Below, in pieces: positions 39,678 through 53,416 of a DNA stretch of 64,000 nt. The stretch spans positions 28,768,001 to 28,832,000 of the forward strand of contig CM022672.1 of the NCBI GenBank assembly GCA_012295275.1, in the 5' to 3' direction. The translations under genes and the position numbers were made by a program. The stretch comes from Chrysomallon squamiferum (taxonomy: Eukaryota > Animalia > Mollusca). The notes under the pieces were generated by a model. It was not told the DNA's origin and did no database searches. It worked only from the letters and a program-made list of their open reading frames with translations. Numbering within the stretch: position 1 is the first letter of the stretch; every line of letters starts with the position of its first letter.

Positions 39678-40013
39678 CTATCTGCAAACTTTTCTATGCC
39701 TCCACAAGGTAACTTTGGACATGAATTTACGAGTACATTTTGTACACATAAGTTCTCCTTTGTGTCCTTTCAGGTGATACACCAGGTTACCTTTGTCAGC
39801 AAACTGTTGTGTGCAGACGTGGCATTTATGTAAATTCCTTGTATGAGTTCTTTCATGCTTATCCATGTTAGAAAGGTTGTTTGTTTGATAGCTACAGAAC
39901 TGACATGAGAATAATCTTTTATATATAATTATAGGAGGTCCTGTTGCTGAATCTTTAACTACACGTTTGAAAATACAGCTTGCAACCTTTTCATGTGGGT
40001 GATCATGATTTGT
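39678..40013 (-). CDS. Alternative terminal exon M2: C2H2, C2H2, C2HC fingers
   Basis: Acceptor ttcttttgttttcaCAG, phase 0. CQFC..HERTH, CHVC..HLKGH, CTKC..HRKVC. Confidence 0.89.
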   Translation of the reverse strand, partial: TNHDHPHEKVASCIFKRVVKDSATGPPIIIYKRLFSCQFCSYQTNNLSNMDKHERTHTRNLHKCHVCTQQFADKGNLVYHLKGHKGELMCTKCTRKFMSKVTLWRHRKVCR

Positions 40014-42438
40014 CTGTGAAAACAAAAGAAATAAATCACAGTTATGTTAATGACAGTGTCAAACTATGATGTAGCAAAGCAAATCTAAATTTTTATTATT
40101 AATTTATTAAACATGAATATTTGTATATAAATATCATGAAATCATATCTTGAACAGATGTACAAAAATTAAAAAATATTTTTGCTTTCTTGTTTTTCTCG
40201 CACAATTTTCGTTCTGAGTAACATTTTTATTCTGAGATAAATATTTTTTTCTTTCTTTCTGTTCACACAGATATATACACATACACAACAAATATAATAT
40301 TAATACTGACATTAACTAGTCAGCAAAATTTGGAGTAAATGCTGTTTTTTGGTGAAAAAAGTAATAACAAATCTATCTTGAGATTTCTCCTGTAAATGAT
40401 GTTTTATCAATTTAAACAGTGGACAGTCTCTAAATAATAATTTTTCTTTATTTTTTTAAAAAGATATCTGTAAATATATGATATGTCATTTGCTCATTGC
40501 CTTAAAATCATGTGAAAATGGGAGATTTGTATGCTTTCTGTTTAGGTAACTGTTAGACTATCCCCTGAAGGCTTGAAACATCATCTTTCCATCAGTATGT
40601 TAATATCTGTTCGTCTTCTTAGAAAACAGTTCCATAAAGTTCAGCAGTGTAAACTACTTTGATCATTTGATGACAAGATCATGACCCAAGCTATTGTTTT
40701 CATTGGTTCACTGACAATAATAAACCAATAAATGCATACTTTGTGTTTATTTCCACAGTACAGCAGCTGATCTACATAAAAGAAAAGGAAAGAAACAATA
40801 ATAGTGAATGTTGACATAATGTTAAATGTTAATGAATGTTATGCAGTTTGAGGAATTGAAGAATATTTTTGGAGGATCTGATACATGATAGTGAGACATG
40901 GGACTGAAGATGATTAAATGAACTATGAGACAGATGAATAGAACCATTTCATCTTAAGACTTTCCAAACTGATCGAAGTGAACGTGAGAAAGACCTGTGT
41001 ATCGGCATTTGGGCAGGGTAGGGAGCAATGAATTGTCCATTGATCTTCTTTATCATCTGTACATCTAAGTGAGGCAGAAATAAGAAATAAGTAAAAATAT
41101 GACAATTATTTAAAATGAAAGTTTATTTTTATTTTTGCCTAGATGAGAAAACTGCATTCATTTTCATATATTTACTATGACAGTTCACTGTAAAACTGAT
41201 TCCTAGCTTTTGATACTTATACAACCTAGGTATAGTTGTCTTAATGTATGACATTTTTGTGTCTTTTTTGATGTTCATAAAGTAATTAATTCTATTCTTG
41301 ATATTTGTGCTTGTGTCATTATCAAAAAGAGAATGCCTTTATTTTTGACTACTCCAAATGTATTCCATATGAATTATTTGGATTATCAAAAAGTAAAATG
41401 TTATGAGACCCAACCACATATGGGACAACAGCAGAACAAAAACAAAATGAATTTAATATAGATAAAATAGATAAAAAATCCTTTAACATTTTTTTGAAAT
41501 ATTACTACTGTATTTTACATTTTATTTCAAACACAAATGTGACGACAGTTTGGTCATTACATTTATTTTCATTATAAAAACATTTGTTATTTTATTGTTA
41601 ATTTTTCTAATAAGAGTATTATTTTATGTATTAATACAGTATGAACCAAAAGCCATTGACTGGTTTAAGTTTAAGCCAGCTTTGTTCACATGAACCAAAG
41701 AATAATGGTAGTGCCTATTCATCATTTTTCTTATTCTAATAAAGATACTGTATTCTTATTAGCAGAAGATCAAGACAATGTTCAAAACTTATAACTGACC
41801 AAATCTGAAGATCAGTCCATGGTAATAAGGTAAATGTCCAAAAACCAAATGAATATTCTGAAAGTCTTTCTCTGCATTTTAACGTTTCTACTTCCCAACA
41901 TGTTTATCATTTATACTCCCATAAGAACTGATGGATATTATTTTGTGATATATCATAAGAAATGCTGTTTTTTTCAGGTTGTATTTATAATTAAGTCTTG
42001 AATTTTTTTAACAGGTGACTGATTTTGTCAGACTCTGACACATAAAAGGCTTTTTTCATTAAATGTTTTAAAAATAGTAATTGTTTTTCAACACTTTTCA
42101 GACCATTTCATTTTCACATCCAAGTAGCTCTTTGTTGTTCAGATTTAGAACTAACAAATATGTTGAGTTAGTGATTATTTCTCTTCAGTAAAATATAATT
42201 ATTTCACAGAATTTCAAGAATAATTCAGAACTTTTAAATATGGAACTTTAATGTCATTTGAAACTTTGATATTGTAAAAATATCACAATGTCCAAAATCA
42301 TGCCAATTTTAGAAGTATACAAAGTATTTTGATTTCACAGTCCCACAGTTGTTAAAAACATTTCATACTTTCTTCTTTAATATCTTAATTAACAACAGTA
42401 TCTTTTTGCGAGTTCTAAATCACATGTCAAGCCCACCA

Positions 42439-42777
42439 CTATTTTAGACTGTATTTAACAAGGCAGTGTTTTTTTTTGTGTGTTCTCAAACCACCTGCTG
42501 ACATGAATGTTCTGTGACACACTTGACAAAATAGTTCACCTCTGTGTGCTTTCAGATGGTAGACAAGGTTACCCTTGTCAGCAAACTGTCTTGAACATTG
42601 AGTACATTTATGTAACTCCTTTGTATGTGTTCTGACATGTTTTTCCATATTATTTTTATGGTTGGATTGGTAACCACAGTAAGTACATCTGTATTTAACC
42701 CCACATGCATTGGACACTTTAGTTGTATTTTCTTGATGTTTTATGGACAGTCTACTGATCCACTGTGTTGAACAAGT
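42439..42777 (-). CDS. Alternative terminal exon M1: three C2H2 fingers
   Basis: Acceptor tttgtttttcaCAG, phase 0. CTYC..HVRTH, CTQC..HLKAH, CQVC..HKKKH. Confidence 0.89.
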   Translation of the reverse strand, partial: TCSTQWISRLSIKHQENTTKVSNACGVKYRCTYCGYQSNHKNNMEKHVRTHTKELHKCTQCSRQFADKGNLVYHLKAHRGELFCQVCHRTFMSAGGLRTHKKKHCLVKYSLK

Positions 42778-45700
42778 CTGTGAAAAACAAAAACAAAAAT
42801 AAAAACAAACAACAGTGATTTTTTTCTGCTGAAAACTGTTTCTTCTTCTTTTTTTACACAAACTGAATCATTAATTCATTATTATTATTCACTTATGAAA
42901 TTAAAATAATGGTATTTGAAATCCATGTTCATAAATATTTTCAATGTTTTAGTGTGCAACCAGTAAGCAGTAATGATATCACATTTGATGATCATATTTT
43001 AATTGGGTGTATTTATAACTCACAAACAGTTTTATATATTAATTTTTTAACTTAAAAAAAAAATGATAATAATAATAAAGAAAACAACTATAATGAAATT
43101 TCTTAAATTTTATAATTATAAATTATTATGACACACACACAGAGGTCCTTGCTGTATGTTTCCCCTATGAATATTGTTTTGCATATATATCAGTAACAAA
43201 TGATGAACGCTATTTCACTTCTATTTTGCAGTTTTGTTGTTTTGGACAGATAAAAAGCAGAATGTGAGCTCTGTGTGACTGCCATGATTGTAATTCTCAT
43301 TTTTATTTTTGTTGTTTTTTCACTGTACATTTATTTTTATTGTAAGTTGTTTATTACATATTTGTCAGGTATGAACATTGTATATTTGAGATATTTCATA
43401 ATTTAAGTATCACCTAAAAGTTACTTCTGAAAAATCATTTCTCAGTCAAGGTTAATGGACAAGCATACTGACACATCACAACTCTACTAATAACAAATAC
43501 AGAAGAAGATGTCTTTGTTATAACTTTCTGAATCAAAGACAAGAAAAGCAAAAAGTGTGGATCAAACTGAAAATGAAAGTTGACTGGATAACATTGTAGT
43601 CAGTGAAGAGGCAACTTTCCAGTGGGGTCAGCCGTTAATCATCTGAAGTCACAGAATGGCAAAAACTCTCCAAAAGTTCATATGTTATTGGAACAACTAT
43701 AACAGGTCCCATCTACCTTGACAGGTTTCATCAGTTTCTCAGACATCTTGATGATGTATTCTTGATAAATGTTTGTTTCAATAAAATGTTATCCTCTTGT
43801 AAAAAGATATGCAAACTTTTAACCATGGAAATATAATAACATATACAGTACATTTTTGGAAACTGTTCACAAACCCAGAATTAAACACCGTAATTTGACA
43901 TTAAATTTTTTTAGATCCAATAATGGGAATTATTTTGTAAAATGTTGTATGGGTTTTTGTGGGGGAGAGGTCATTTGAGACATGTTAAAATAATGAACAA
44001 TAGATTAAACTAATGAATTGTATAAATAGTACTGATTATTTACCCTGAGTCTTTTGATTTGCAAAATAATAATAAACATCAAACTGAAAACATGTTTTAA
44101 TATTTTGACTCTTAGGCTGATTTTCAGTGGAAATGCTCATACTATATTAGACATAACAAAATGGTATTTTTTGCTATTACCTGAGCTTACCAAGTCCATA
44201 CTGGTGTTTGTATTCAGTTGATGTACACTAGCTCACAAACAAGTGTAGTATTTCATCTGTTTTAAAATTTTCAGGAATAAAATCTTTTTCATGACTTAGT
44301 ACCTCTCCACTGTTTTGCAATTTTGCCTGTCTACAATATTTTTAATTTTCAAATGATGAAACTCATATTTCAAATAGGCAATGTACTTCATTTCTGGAAA
44401 ATGTTATCAAGATGCCCATCCACAAAAATCATCTGTTTTTGCTGTATCAGTCATAAACAAACCATTGTCATGTGATCAAATACAGGAGTTTTGTAAAGTT
44501 ATCTTGTTTTTGAAGGGAGGTATGAATTTTTTTCAATAAAGCTTGAAGCATGAGGCCATAATTACAGAAATTGAATTCATGTTTTGGATGACTGTAAGTT
44601 TCTTTGTATTTCAAAGAATGAAATTAAGCCTATGGCTATTTTTACTTGACCTCATCACTCGTATATTAGTATACCCCTACCCAAGAGTTGTTATTCACCA
44701 CATCATACATCCTCAACTATTTCTGCCCCCTTTTGCCCTATAGTATCAATTATAGTCTAAATATTGTCCCCAAATGTTTTATTGCTCTTCTAACTTGCTT
44801 CAGTTTCTGGGTCAGTATTCTCATGCCAGCTCTGCTATTTGATAATTTTCAACAATGATATAGCTTTCTAGGATAGTTCATATATATGACTGCTCTGTTT
44901 TCTCCACAGCTGCAAACAATTGTTTCTTAGTCATTTTAATTTTTTTGGATCATGTTCTGATATATTATGAAATGACTGTTAACAGTATCATCATCTGATT
45001 ATTTAAATTTACATGACTTTGAAAAGCATAGTAATTGTTGCAGCCTAATTTTTTTTTTTTTAAATGTACTTATGAATTCATACAGTTTAAGTTAGAAATA
45101 ATGACCATAATGAATAAATGTTAAAATCCATTTCACCTAGTATTCAGGTTGCTTTCCTAACCAAAGAAAATTACAGATAATTTGAATCTGTGGCCTAAAT
45201 ATATTTCATTTCATTTCAAGTTATCACTGTACAGGTTACTGGCAACCAATGTTCTTTTTTAGTATATTAGTTCAGATTATACTAATTATACAGTTTTAAA
45301 AATTTTGTTTCAAACTGCAGCTATCTGGGTTTTTTAAGGTGAAGAAAAAAAAAAAATAGAATTTGTAAAATACTCATGATATATAAACCAAATGAAAAAT
45401 ACACAAAAACTATTTTAATATCACATGAATGATCAGTTTCACTCTGAAAATAGTGAAGCCTGCACTTTCAGTTTTATTCACTGCTTTAACTAAAGTTTAA
45501 GTTAAACATAAATTCAGGAAATCAAACCAGTGTGATTTACAATCTTAACAATAACATGTTTCCTTATAGATTATCATTTCAATTCAAAATAAAAGATCTA
45601 TCATGACTGCAGAAACAAAGGAATTGATAAAAACATTAATCTAAAGCTTAACAATAATGTAATTTTGTTACAATTTATTACTAGCAAATATTATGATATG

Positions 45701-46538
45701 AACAAATGAAAATTCACACACAAGTATTATAAATGTATTAAAAAAACCACAATGGTAACATTATTTATTGATATGAATAGAAATACAAAACAAGGCAGTG
45801 ATCACAAACTTGTCAGTCTGCTTGATGATGAGTTTTGTTTACAATTTGTTGTCCAGAAGACAACACAATCTAAAATGTTGATGTTACAGCTGATCACGTC
45901 AGTTCATTTACACTGTAACCCAGAATTATTATTTTTAACTATTGTTATAGATTGTACTAATAATTCATTTTATTTAACAAATTGTATGCAGCAGCATTAG
46001 TAAGTCCATTGATACTGATGTTTTTACTCCAATGTTTGTGATCAGAAGCCATAAGAATGATGTCTTTCTAGTGCTTTATAATTTGTGTAATGTATGTTAG
46101 TTATTATGATCTATTTATGTATATTAAAATATTTATAATTCAGTGCAATAACATTCTACATAAATGTCTTTAGCATATAGACAAAAATCTTCATTTCTTG
46201 TTTTTCTATAACCTCAATTATTCCTGAAGTTTTTATAATTTAAATGTTCTGTAAACTATTGAATATGAAATAAGTATGTAATATATATTCTGTGCATGAA
46301 TTCAAGAGAAGAAAACTTTTTTAAAATTTCTTTCTATTAAAAACTATGTTTTATTTAATATGTTTAAACTTTAAAACAAGGAAAACTTAATCCATTTCCC
46401 TCCACTGTTAGAATTTTCAAATTACCATGTAATAAAATGTACACAAAATGAATTGTATTTTTATTGGTTAATTTGGTTTTACCAAACTAAAAGCACTAGA
46501 AGAACATACATGCTGTGAAAAAATAAAATGTACTGTAC

Positions 46539-46861
46539 CTGTAAAGAGCTCAAATCAGAAGATGATGTGTTTACTGATGCAAACTGCTGATTTTCACCAC
46601 CACTACCATCCTCAGTATTTGACTTGGTGTCAAAACTGTCTATAAACAAAATGTCATCAGCCTCTTCTTTGATGTGTATATTATCAGGCAGACATAACCT
46701 TTCTGTACTAGTCTGTGATGTGGATGTGTCTGTAATTTCAGAATGTGACAAGGTTTCATTCCCCTGATGAACTGCTCTGTCACTGAGATAATTTCCTTCA
46801 GCCACAGAAACAATGTTTGTTGCAGCAGAAAATAAAGACTCCATTTCATTATCAGTTTTTT
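46539..46861 (-). CDS. Constant coding exon 2 (acidic/Ser-rich linker) ending in the common phase-0 donor
   Basis: Acceptor ttttgtttttcAG; joins the previous exon in frame (phase 1: ...PNKK-E-KTDNEMESLF). Contains IKEE (SUMO consensus). Donor CAG|GTACAG at 46539/46538, phase 0. Confidence 0.8.
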
Positions 46862-47122
46862 CTGAAAAACAAAATTTTTACTACCAAAATAATGCTATAA
46901 TAAAAAGCTTCAATATTTTCAGAATAAATTACTTAGAGAAATATTTGTTACAGTGTCTGCTTTAAAGATATGCTACATTTCACAGAGTATTAATATGTCC
47001 ATAAAGTAATGATAAAAAGTAAACAGTCCTTGTATTTTTTTAATACTAGGTGCATATTTTTGCTTTGAGTGCGGATGTATACATGAGAGAAATGCATGCA
47101 TTATTACTAGCACTATACAAAC

Positions 47123-47846
47123 CTTTCTTATTTGGAGCTGTTTCTTCTTGTACTGAACGTTTTCGACCTCTGTTATCTTCTGAGACAGTATCTGATGATG
47201 ATGTTATATGTTTTACATCTGACCCATCAAGATTTTCTGCATCAGCATCATTCACTGATGGAATAATAGCCATTACTGGACTGTTATGAGCTGCACTTGT
47301 TAAATACTGCACAGATTGTCGAGGTTGGATTGTTGTTGGTTGTTGCTGGAATGATGAGGTGGGTAATGAGTTTGTGTCAGGTCCACCAGCTGCAAAGGAT
47401 GATAAATTATTTCTTCTATTCTGTCTGAAAGACTGCTTGTACTGAGATGATGCCTCAAGAGAATGTAGTTTTTGCCTTGCTGATGACAGCTGATATGGAA
47501 TATTATTTGGTTGTGATTGTTCAGAACTCTCTCTCAGATGAATTGATGTTTCCTGGACTGTTCTTTGTGTATTTGTGTTATCTCTGAGCACTATATCAGA
47601 ATTATTTCTAACAGGTAATCGTTTCATAGTTTTGAAGGCTTTTACACAGTAACTCTCACTGATGACATCACCAGTGTTGTGAACCATCTCACTCAGAACA
47701 TAGCGTTCTTTTTTGTAATTGTCTATTTCTAAAGAAAGGTAACCACTCAATTCCACTGCCTGATCAAACTCTATATAGTCTCGACAGAATTTTTGCATTG
47801 CTTCCACAAACCTGGTGAAGAACTGGACAGAATACTGTTTATCCAT
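47123..47846 (-). CDS. Constant coding exon 1: N-terminal globular domain (~75 aa) plus low-complexity region and putative NLS
   Basis: Acceptor ttctcttctttttaaAG with exon start 47871; caaaATGG start at 47846. MDKQYSVQFFTRFVEAMQKFCRDYIEFDQAVELSGYLSLEIDNYKKERYVLSEMV... Donor AAG|GTTTGT at 47123/47122 (phase 1), 261-nt intron. RGRKR...KK basic cluster. Confidence 0.85.
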
Positions 47847-49098
47847 TTTGATATTTGTTTATTTAATTATCCTTTAAAAAGAAGAGAAGAAAGAAGCGTA
47901 TATATATCAGTATGACATTTATTGCTGTATGGTTTAATTATCTCTAGTTATGTTAATAATAATCACTTAATTAAAAACTGGTTTATCTAATAAAGTATAT
48001 ACGGACATTTTGATACATTGTTTTTATGTATTACAATGCTTACAATCATCAACATAACAAACAGTAGATATTATTCAGTAAAACCTGTGCTGATAAGAAT
48101 TAAACTGAAAGATTACCAAAAGAGTTGTGCAAATGACTGTTTTGTTTCAATGAATGTTGTGTGAAACTAACCTTGTGTCACTAATTTTCCATTCACATAA
48201 ACAATATTTTGCTAACTGTTGAAAATAAAATTTAAAAAACCACTCTTCAAGAATGATATTCTTTCTTGTTCAGTACTGCTGCACTGCTATTCAAATAATA
48301 CTTGTATGTAGTGCACTGGTTATTCCAGTAAAACCAACAGTGAATTGTGATCTTGTTAACTAAGAAGCTGTAATTTTCAGAGTTGTTTTTGTATTGAAAA
48401 ATAATGCAGATCACCGTTAATATTTTTTTACTTTAATGAAAAAGGTATAATAATAGAACCATAAATTTTAACTGCTTAGGAAGTTCAATTTTGTTCAGTA
48501 ATAATCCTTATTATTATTATTTATTACAAAAACATAAAAATATACTGTTTAAAAAAAAGATTATGCAGTGGAAAAAGGTTAAGCAAATATATGTAGAATT
48601 AATATTTCTGATTCCTGTATATATTTTAGTTGCAACATTAATATAAGGTATTAAATGTTTTGAATACTGGGATATATTTTCAAATATTAGTTTAATTCAT
48701 CTTTTTTCCTTTTCATATATTTATTTATTTATTTTTGTTGTAACTTTTTCCAATTAAGCAGTTATTAGAAGTATCTTAGTTTAAAACAATTATTGCTGAC
48801 AAAAATTAAAATCTTCGAAAACTTTTTATCATTATTATTTATTTTATTTATTAATTATTATTTTTATCACGAATGCTGTTCTAAACACAAATTTACTAAC
48901 TGAGGTTCTAATGGGGTAAAATGTTAGAATAGTTTATATGCTAGAAATATTTTAAGAATATTTATCAGAACTAATTTCTAACTGACTTTAAGAAAGTCTA
49001 TATGGCTAGTATAAGCGATAGCTTGATAAAAATGCAGTTCATTTGGTCTTCACCGATCATAATTTCGGTACTATCATTGACTTTTAATGTTATCTTAC

Positions 49099-49275
49099 CT
49101 GTTATTCGTTAGTTCTTCAATTAATATGCTAGGTCTTGTTACACATTTGTACCAAAAATCTGATTTATAGTCACAACACTAAAGCGTTCATTTTGACGCT
49201 CGAGGTTATCTTTCTTTGGTGATTTTGATATGAAATACAGATTAACGCCAAAAATATGGTAACCGGAAATGTATA
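49099..49275 (-). promoter_or_regulatory. Putative non-coding first exon / promoter of the constant region
   Basis: Donor CAG|GTAAGA at 49099/49098; local CpG enrichment; ETS-like ACCGGAAAT at 49262. Start site not determinable. Confidence 0.5.
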
Positions 49276-49864
49276 TTTGTAAAAAAAATAATAATAAAAA
49301 AATGTATATATATACATATTTTTTAAGTCTATAGCACTCATAACAGATGAATTTATACTGAAAGTATAACATTATTGTTAATATAATTTTGAAAATTTAT
49401 TTATTATTAATAATCGATATTTCTTAAATGATGGTGATGGTGATAATAATAACAGTAATAATACTAATACTGCTTGTAATAATAATAATTGTTACCACAT
49501 TTTAGGCAATGCTCTTGCAAAGAAGCATTTTAACAATTATTTATTATGCCTAAGATTTATTTTATCTTCGGCAGGTATCATAAAATTATGTTCTAAAAGA
49601 CATCTTTAAAAATTTGCAAATGATAATGTAGATGTTGAAATCAAATTTATTTAGCTGGCCTTATAAATTCTTTATCTTACTGCATTAATAAAAATCCTTC
49701 GTGTGAAAGTTATACTATTATATTTTTCTATAATTTTATTTGTTCGACTGCTTTACAAATATGAAACTAATAAATGTTAATCTACAGCCAAATTTAGAAA
49801 TAATAATTAACATTCTGCAAAAGCAATATCGATTATTTGAAATATGAAAGGACGATTGAAAATT

Positions 49865-49900
<36 letters not shown>

Positions 49901-50269
49901 TAACAAAAAATATATAATATACTTATAGTACAATCTAAATTGATTGTCTTTTTAAGTAAGTAAGTTTTATCTTCACCAATATCTACTCAAAATAGAACTT
50001 TTGTCAGTGTTAAAATGCAAGAGGCAAACATCCTTTCAAATGTACGGTATAGTCAATTAAATCACAATGCAAATTAAATTAGGTATAATGGTTACTATAT
50101 CCCAAATAGTTGTGGCTGTAAAGATGCACTTTTACGAATGCTTAACGGCTGTCCCAAAATAATGTTCTGTTATGTTAAAAGTTGAGAAAATCGGCTGGCA
50201 GACATATATTTAAAGAAGTCTTGTTAATATTTTTATTGTCACTATTCATAATTTATAACAATAACTTTA

Positions 50270-50270
<1 letters not shown>

Positions 50271-50338
<68 letters not shown>

Positions 50339-50345
50339 AATAAAT
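50271..50345. repeat. (TAA)n / (AAAT)n microsatellite
   Basis: Tandem TAA run grading into AAAT; produces the spurious poly-Tyr ORF. Confidence 0.9.
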
Positions 50346-50895
50346 AAAAAATAATAAAAAAAAAATAAAATAAAATAAAGTAAGATATGAACACCACAAA
50401 AAATAACAAAAATATGAAAACGTCTCTAAAATCTTCATTAATAGCGATTTGTGTACACAGTTCTTTTTTTTTTCCGAAAATGGTCGATTTTACCGACTTC
50501 AGTTTAATAATGTTTAATCAAACAAATCTTCAGTTTTCCTACTAAACAGTTCTGGATTTTCTCGACAACATATTGTAACGAGCCTGACTTTTTCAGTCTG
50601 TCAAACCTTGTATGTCAGTAATCAAACATCGTCCCATTCACAAAATAATAGTCCATTCGATTTTCAGGTGTTATTAACCTGGTATAAAGCTAACTTAAGG
50701 CCCAATCCACTAAACAGTTAGTTAATATCGCTTACTTTATAAGCTGAAAGATCAAAATTCAATGAATAATCAAATGTTAATTGTTCAATCCATAAAGACA
50801 TCATAAATTGGTTCTGGAATTATTTTATACTGTCAATATATTTCAAAGTTAAAATTCACAGATCCCAGAAGGTATTTCGTTGATTCAGGACTTAC

Positions 50896-51070
50896 CGTTC
50901 AAGAACGCACGAACGATGTATCATTAGACCACTGCACGAGAACGAGCGAACGACCTTTCGTAAAACGTCCGCACAAAAATGAACAATTTTCTCGTCAGAC
51001 ACTCCGTTCTTCGACTTCTCGTCACTCAAAAACGACCTTCCATTGAATATGTGTTAGGTGTCCGGAATTT
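50896..51070 (-). promoter_or_regulatory. Second putative non-coding 5' exon / promoter
   Basis: Consensus donor CG|GTAAGT at 50896/50895 at the edge of one of the most CpG-rich stretches in the window; TCCGGAA at 51061. Confidence 0.5.
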
Positions 51071-51406
51071 CAGCAGTTGATTATACAATGTTCTTTTAGT
51101 TGATTTGCTAATCTGCTGTGTTACTCATTATATTTAGTATACGCTGATAAAATAAATAAATAAATAAAAATATATAAAACTTAAGGAAATTTTTATTAAT
51201 TTTAACAATTTCATTACACGTCTTTTTTATATTTATTTTTTTAATTTTTCAATTCACATGTAAAAACATTTGAAATTAATTCCTATAATCAGTGACTCTT
51301 ATTTAATCATGAAATACTTAATATAAATGTTAGCAGTCTTGTTCTGCCATCAGTGGAAAGGTCTAACAAGATTGTCGGGATCAAAGGTATTTTAGATATA
51401 TACAAC

Positions 51407-51492
51407 GTGTGTGTGTGTGTGTGTGTGTGTGTTTTATAGCTTTCGTGAGGTTTCATTTTTAGTTTTTGGACTTTCCTTCAAATATAATTACT

Positions 51493-51527
<35 letters not shown>
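51407..51527. repeat. Two (TG)n microsatellites
   Basis: TG runs at about 51407-51431 and 51497-51527. Confidence 0.9.
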
Positions 51528-51530
<3 letters not shown>

Positions 51531-53383
51531 GATTATACTGACACTGCAGGCCAGTCACTAGCGAACCGACAAAACGGCTCACAACATTACAATTTTTTAC
51601 CTGAATAAACTACTATTCTGTGTTATTGTAGATTTACAATCTTTTCTCAGTCGTGACACACTGGGCACTCAACCAGAATGTTGCGCATCCCAGTTTGAAA
51701 ATTAGTATGCCTTTATTTAATTATTTATTTATTATTATTATTATTTTTCATTTCATCTTTTAATGAAAACAGATTTATAATTAATGTTTTGCAATATGGT
51801 CCATTTTTATAATTAAAACTTTTTTTCTTTTTTTTTTTCTTTTTAGTATTTCAAAATAAATAAATTTACTGGATTTCTTAAACATCTCTTATTAATAGTT
51901 AATCAATTTTGTCAGTGGTTATGTTTATGTTTTAGTGAAATTTGTATGATTGTTCAATTAGATTTTGCCATACCGCCATCTGAGTACCTTTTTTTTTTTT
52001 TTTACCCTGAACCTCAACCGTATTTATCATTATTTTGAAGCAAAACAAAAAGTAATATATATATATATATATATATCACACCACACACACATGTATATAT
52101 ACATTTTTTTCTTTTCTTTTTTTTTTTACCTATTCTAATGGTGGAACCATATCAAAATAGCCGATTTTTAAAAGTTGACAAAAACAAAAATGTAATAAAA
52201 TAAAAAATTTGAATTTTCAAACTAAAACAAGTAGTAAGGCAACACTAAACTGAAACAAAGGAAGCCTTAAGTTTATCAAAACAAACATTCAATTGTAGTC
52301 TTCTTTTTAAGAAGTTGTTGATTAGGCCGTCTCAGTAAAGCAGTTTTACAGCAGCGGTGCAGTTTCCTATAGAAACAGACAGTGTTTAAAAAAGCTACAC
52401 TTCATAATTAAATTATTATTATTATTATTGTTATTTTATTCATGCACTTAGAGCAATTTCTAGAATCAATTTGAAGTGTGTCAGTACGTGGGTGCACTGT
52501 TGGAAAACAGTTTGTGTTAAAATGTACGGAATTCTATTGTGCAAACTGTCAAATTTAAAAATATCAGCTAATTTGTCAAAGTCGTTTAAAACAACACTAT
52601 TTGAAAGTTATTAGTCATATACTTAAGTTATATTTTAGACCCTATGGACAAACGAAAAAAACTTAATTATTAATATTAACATTTTTCAGAATCATGGTGA
52701 CCCAGTCAGACATATTTGTTTTATCTGTTAATAATTTAATTTTAATTTGCTCATAATCAGGTCGATAAACTGGTGTGATCACTGGACACAGTTTAAGAAA
52801 TAGTAATCTTTACAGCTTAATCAAAATTCAAACAACAAATGATTTTAAAACCATTATTTATTATTATTATTATTATTTGTTACGCCATGATTTTTCACCA
52901 CTGAGTGACGTTACGTATTTTTCCTATAATCTTCATCTTCTTTTTGGACATTACGTAAAAATATGTTACACACACACAATCTGTAAGACTGATGTTAAAA
53001 CAGATTTTTTTATTTACACAATTTTTTTTTTTAACACAAATGTGTAAGTGAAAAATGTACCCATTTTCTTGTAGATTTGCATTTAAAGTAATCATAACGT
53101 TTTAGGAACAAAAACAGAGTAGCAGAATGAAAATAATCGACAAATAGGTTGACGTAAATGTGTCAAAATATAGGAAAAAGAACCAGTAGGCAGAAAACAG
53201 ATTTTGATATTAAGTAACTGAAATGGTTTTATTCTGAAATATTTAAAAGCGAACAATAACAGTCGATCAACACGGATATGCCCAAACGACGGAAAGTATA
53301 ATTTTGTATCTACATTGATTCTACGTTAATTAAGGCACGGTCAGTTAATACTGCGCAATGATAGTCATTAACGTTCAAGGCAA

Positions 53384-53416
<33 letters not shown>

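Noticed and set aside
40560-40771. Strong - strand acceptor at 40772 between M1 and M2, a possible extra or decayed exon
   Set aside because: The phase-0 frame closes after 23 codons with no convincing CxxC/HxxxH pattern.
49736-51608. Poly-Tyr, poly-Phe and (CV)n ORFs here and elsewhere
   Set aside because: Translations of (TAA)n, poly-T and (TG)n microsatellites.
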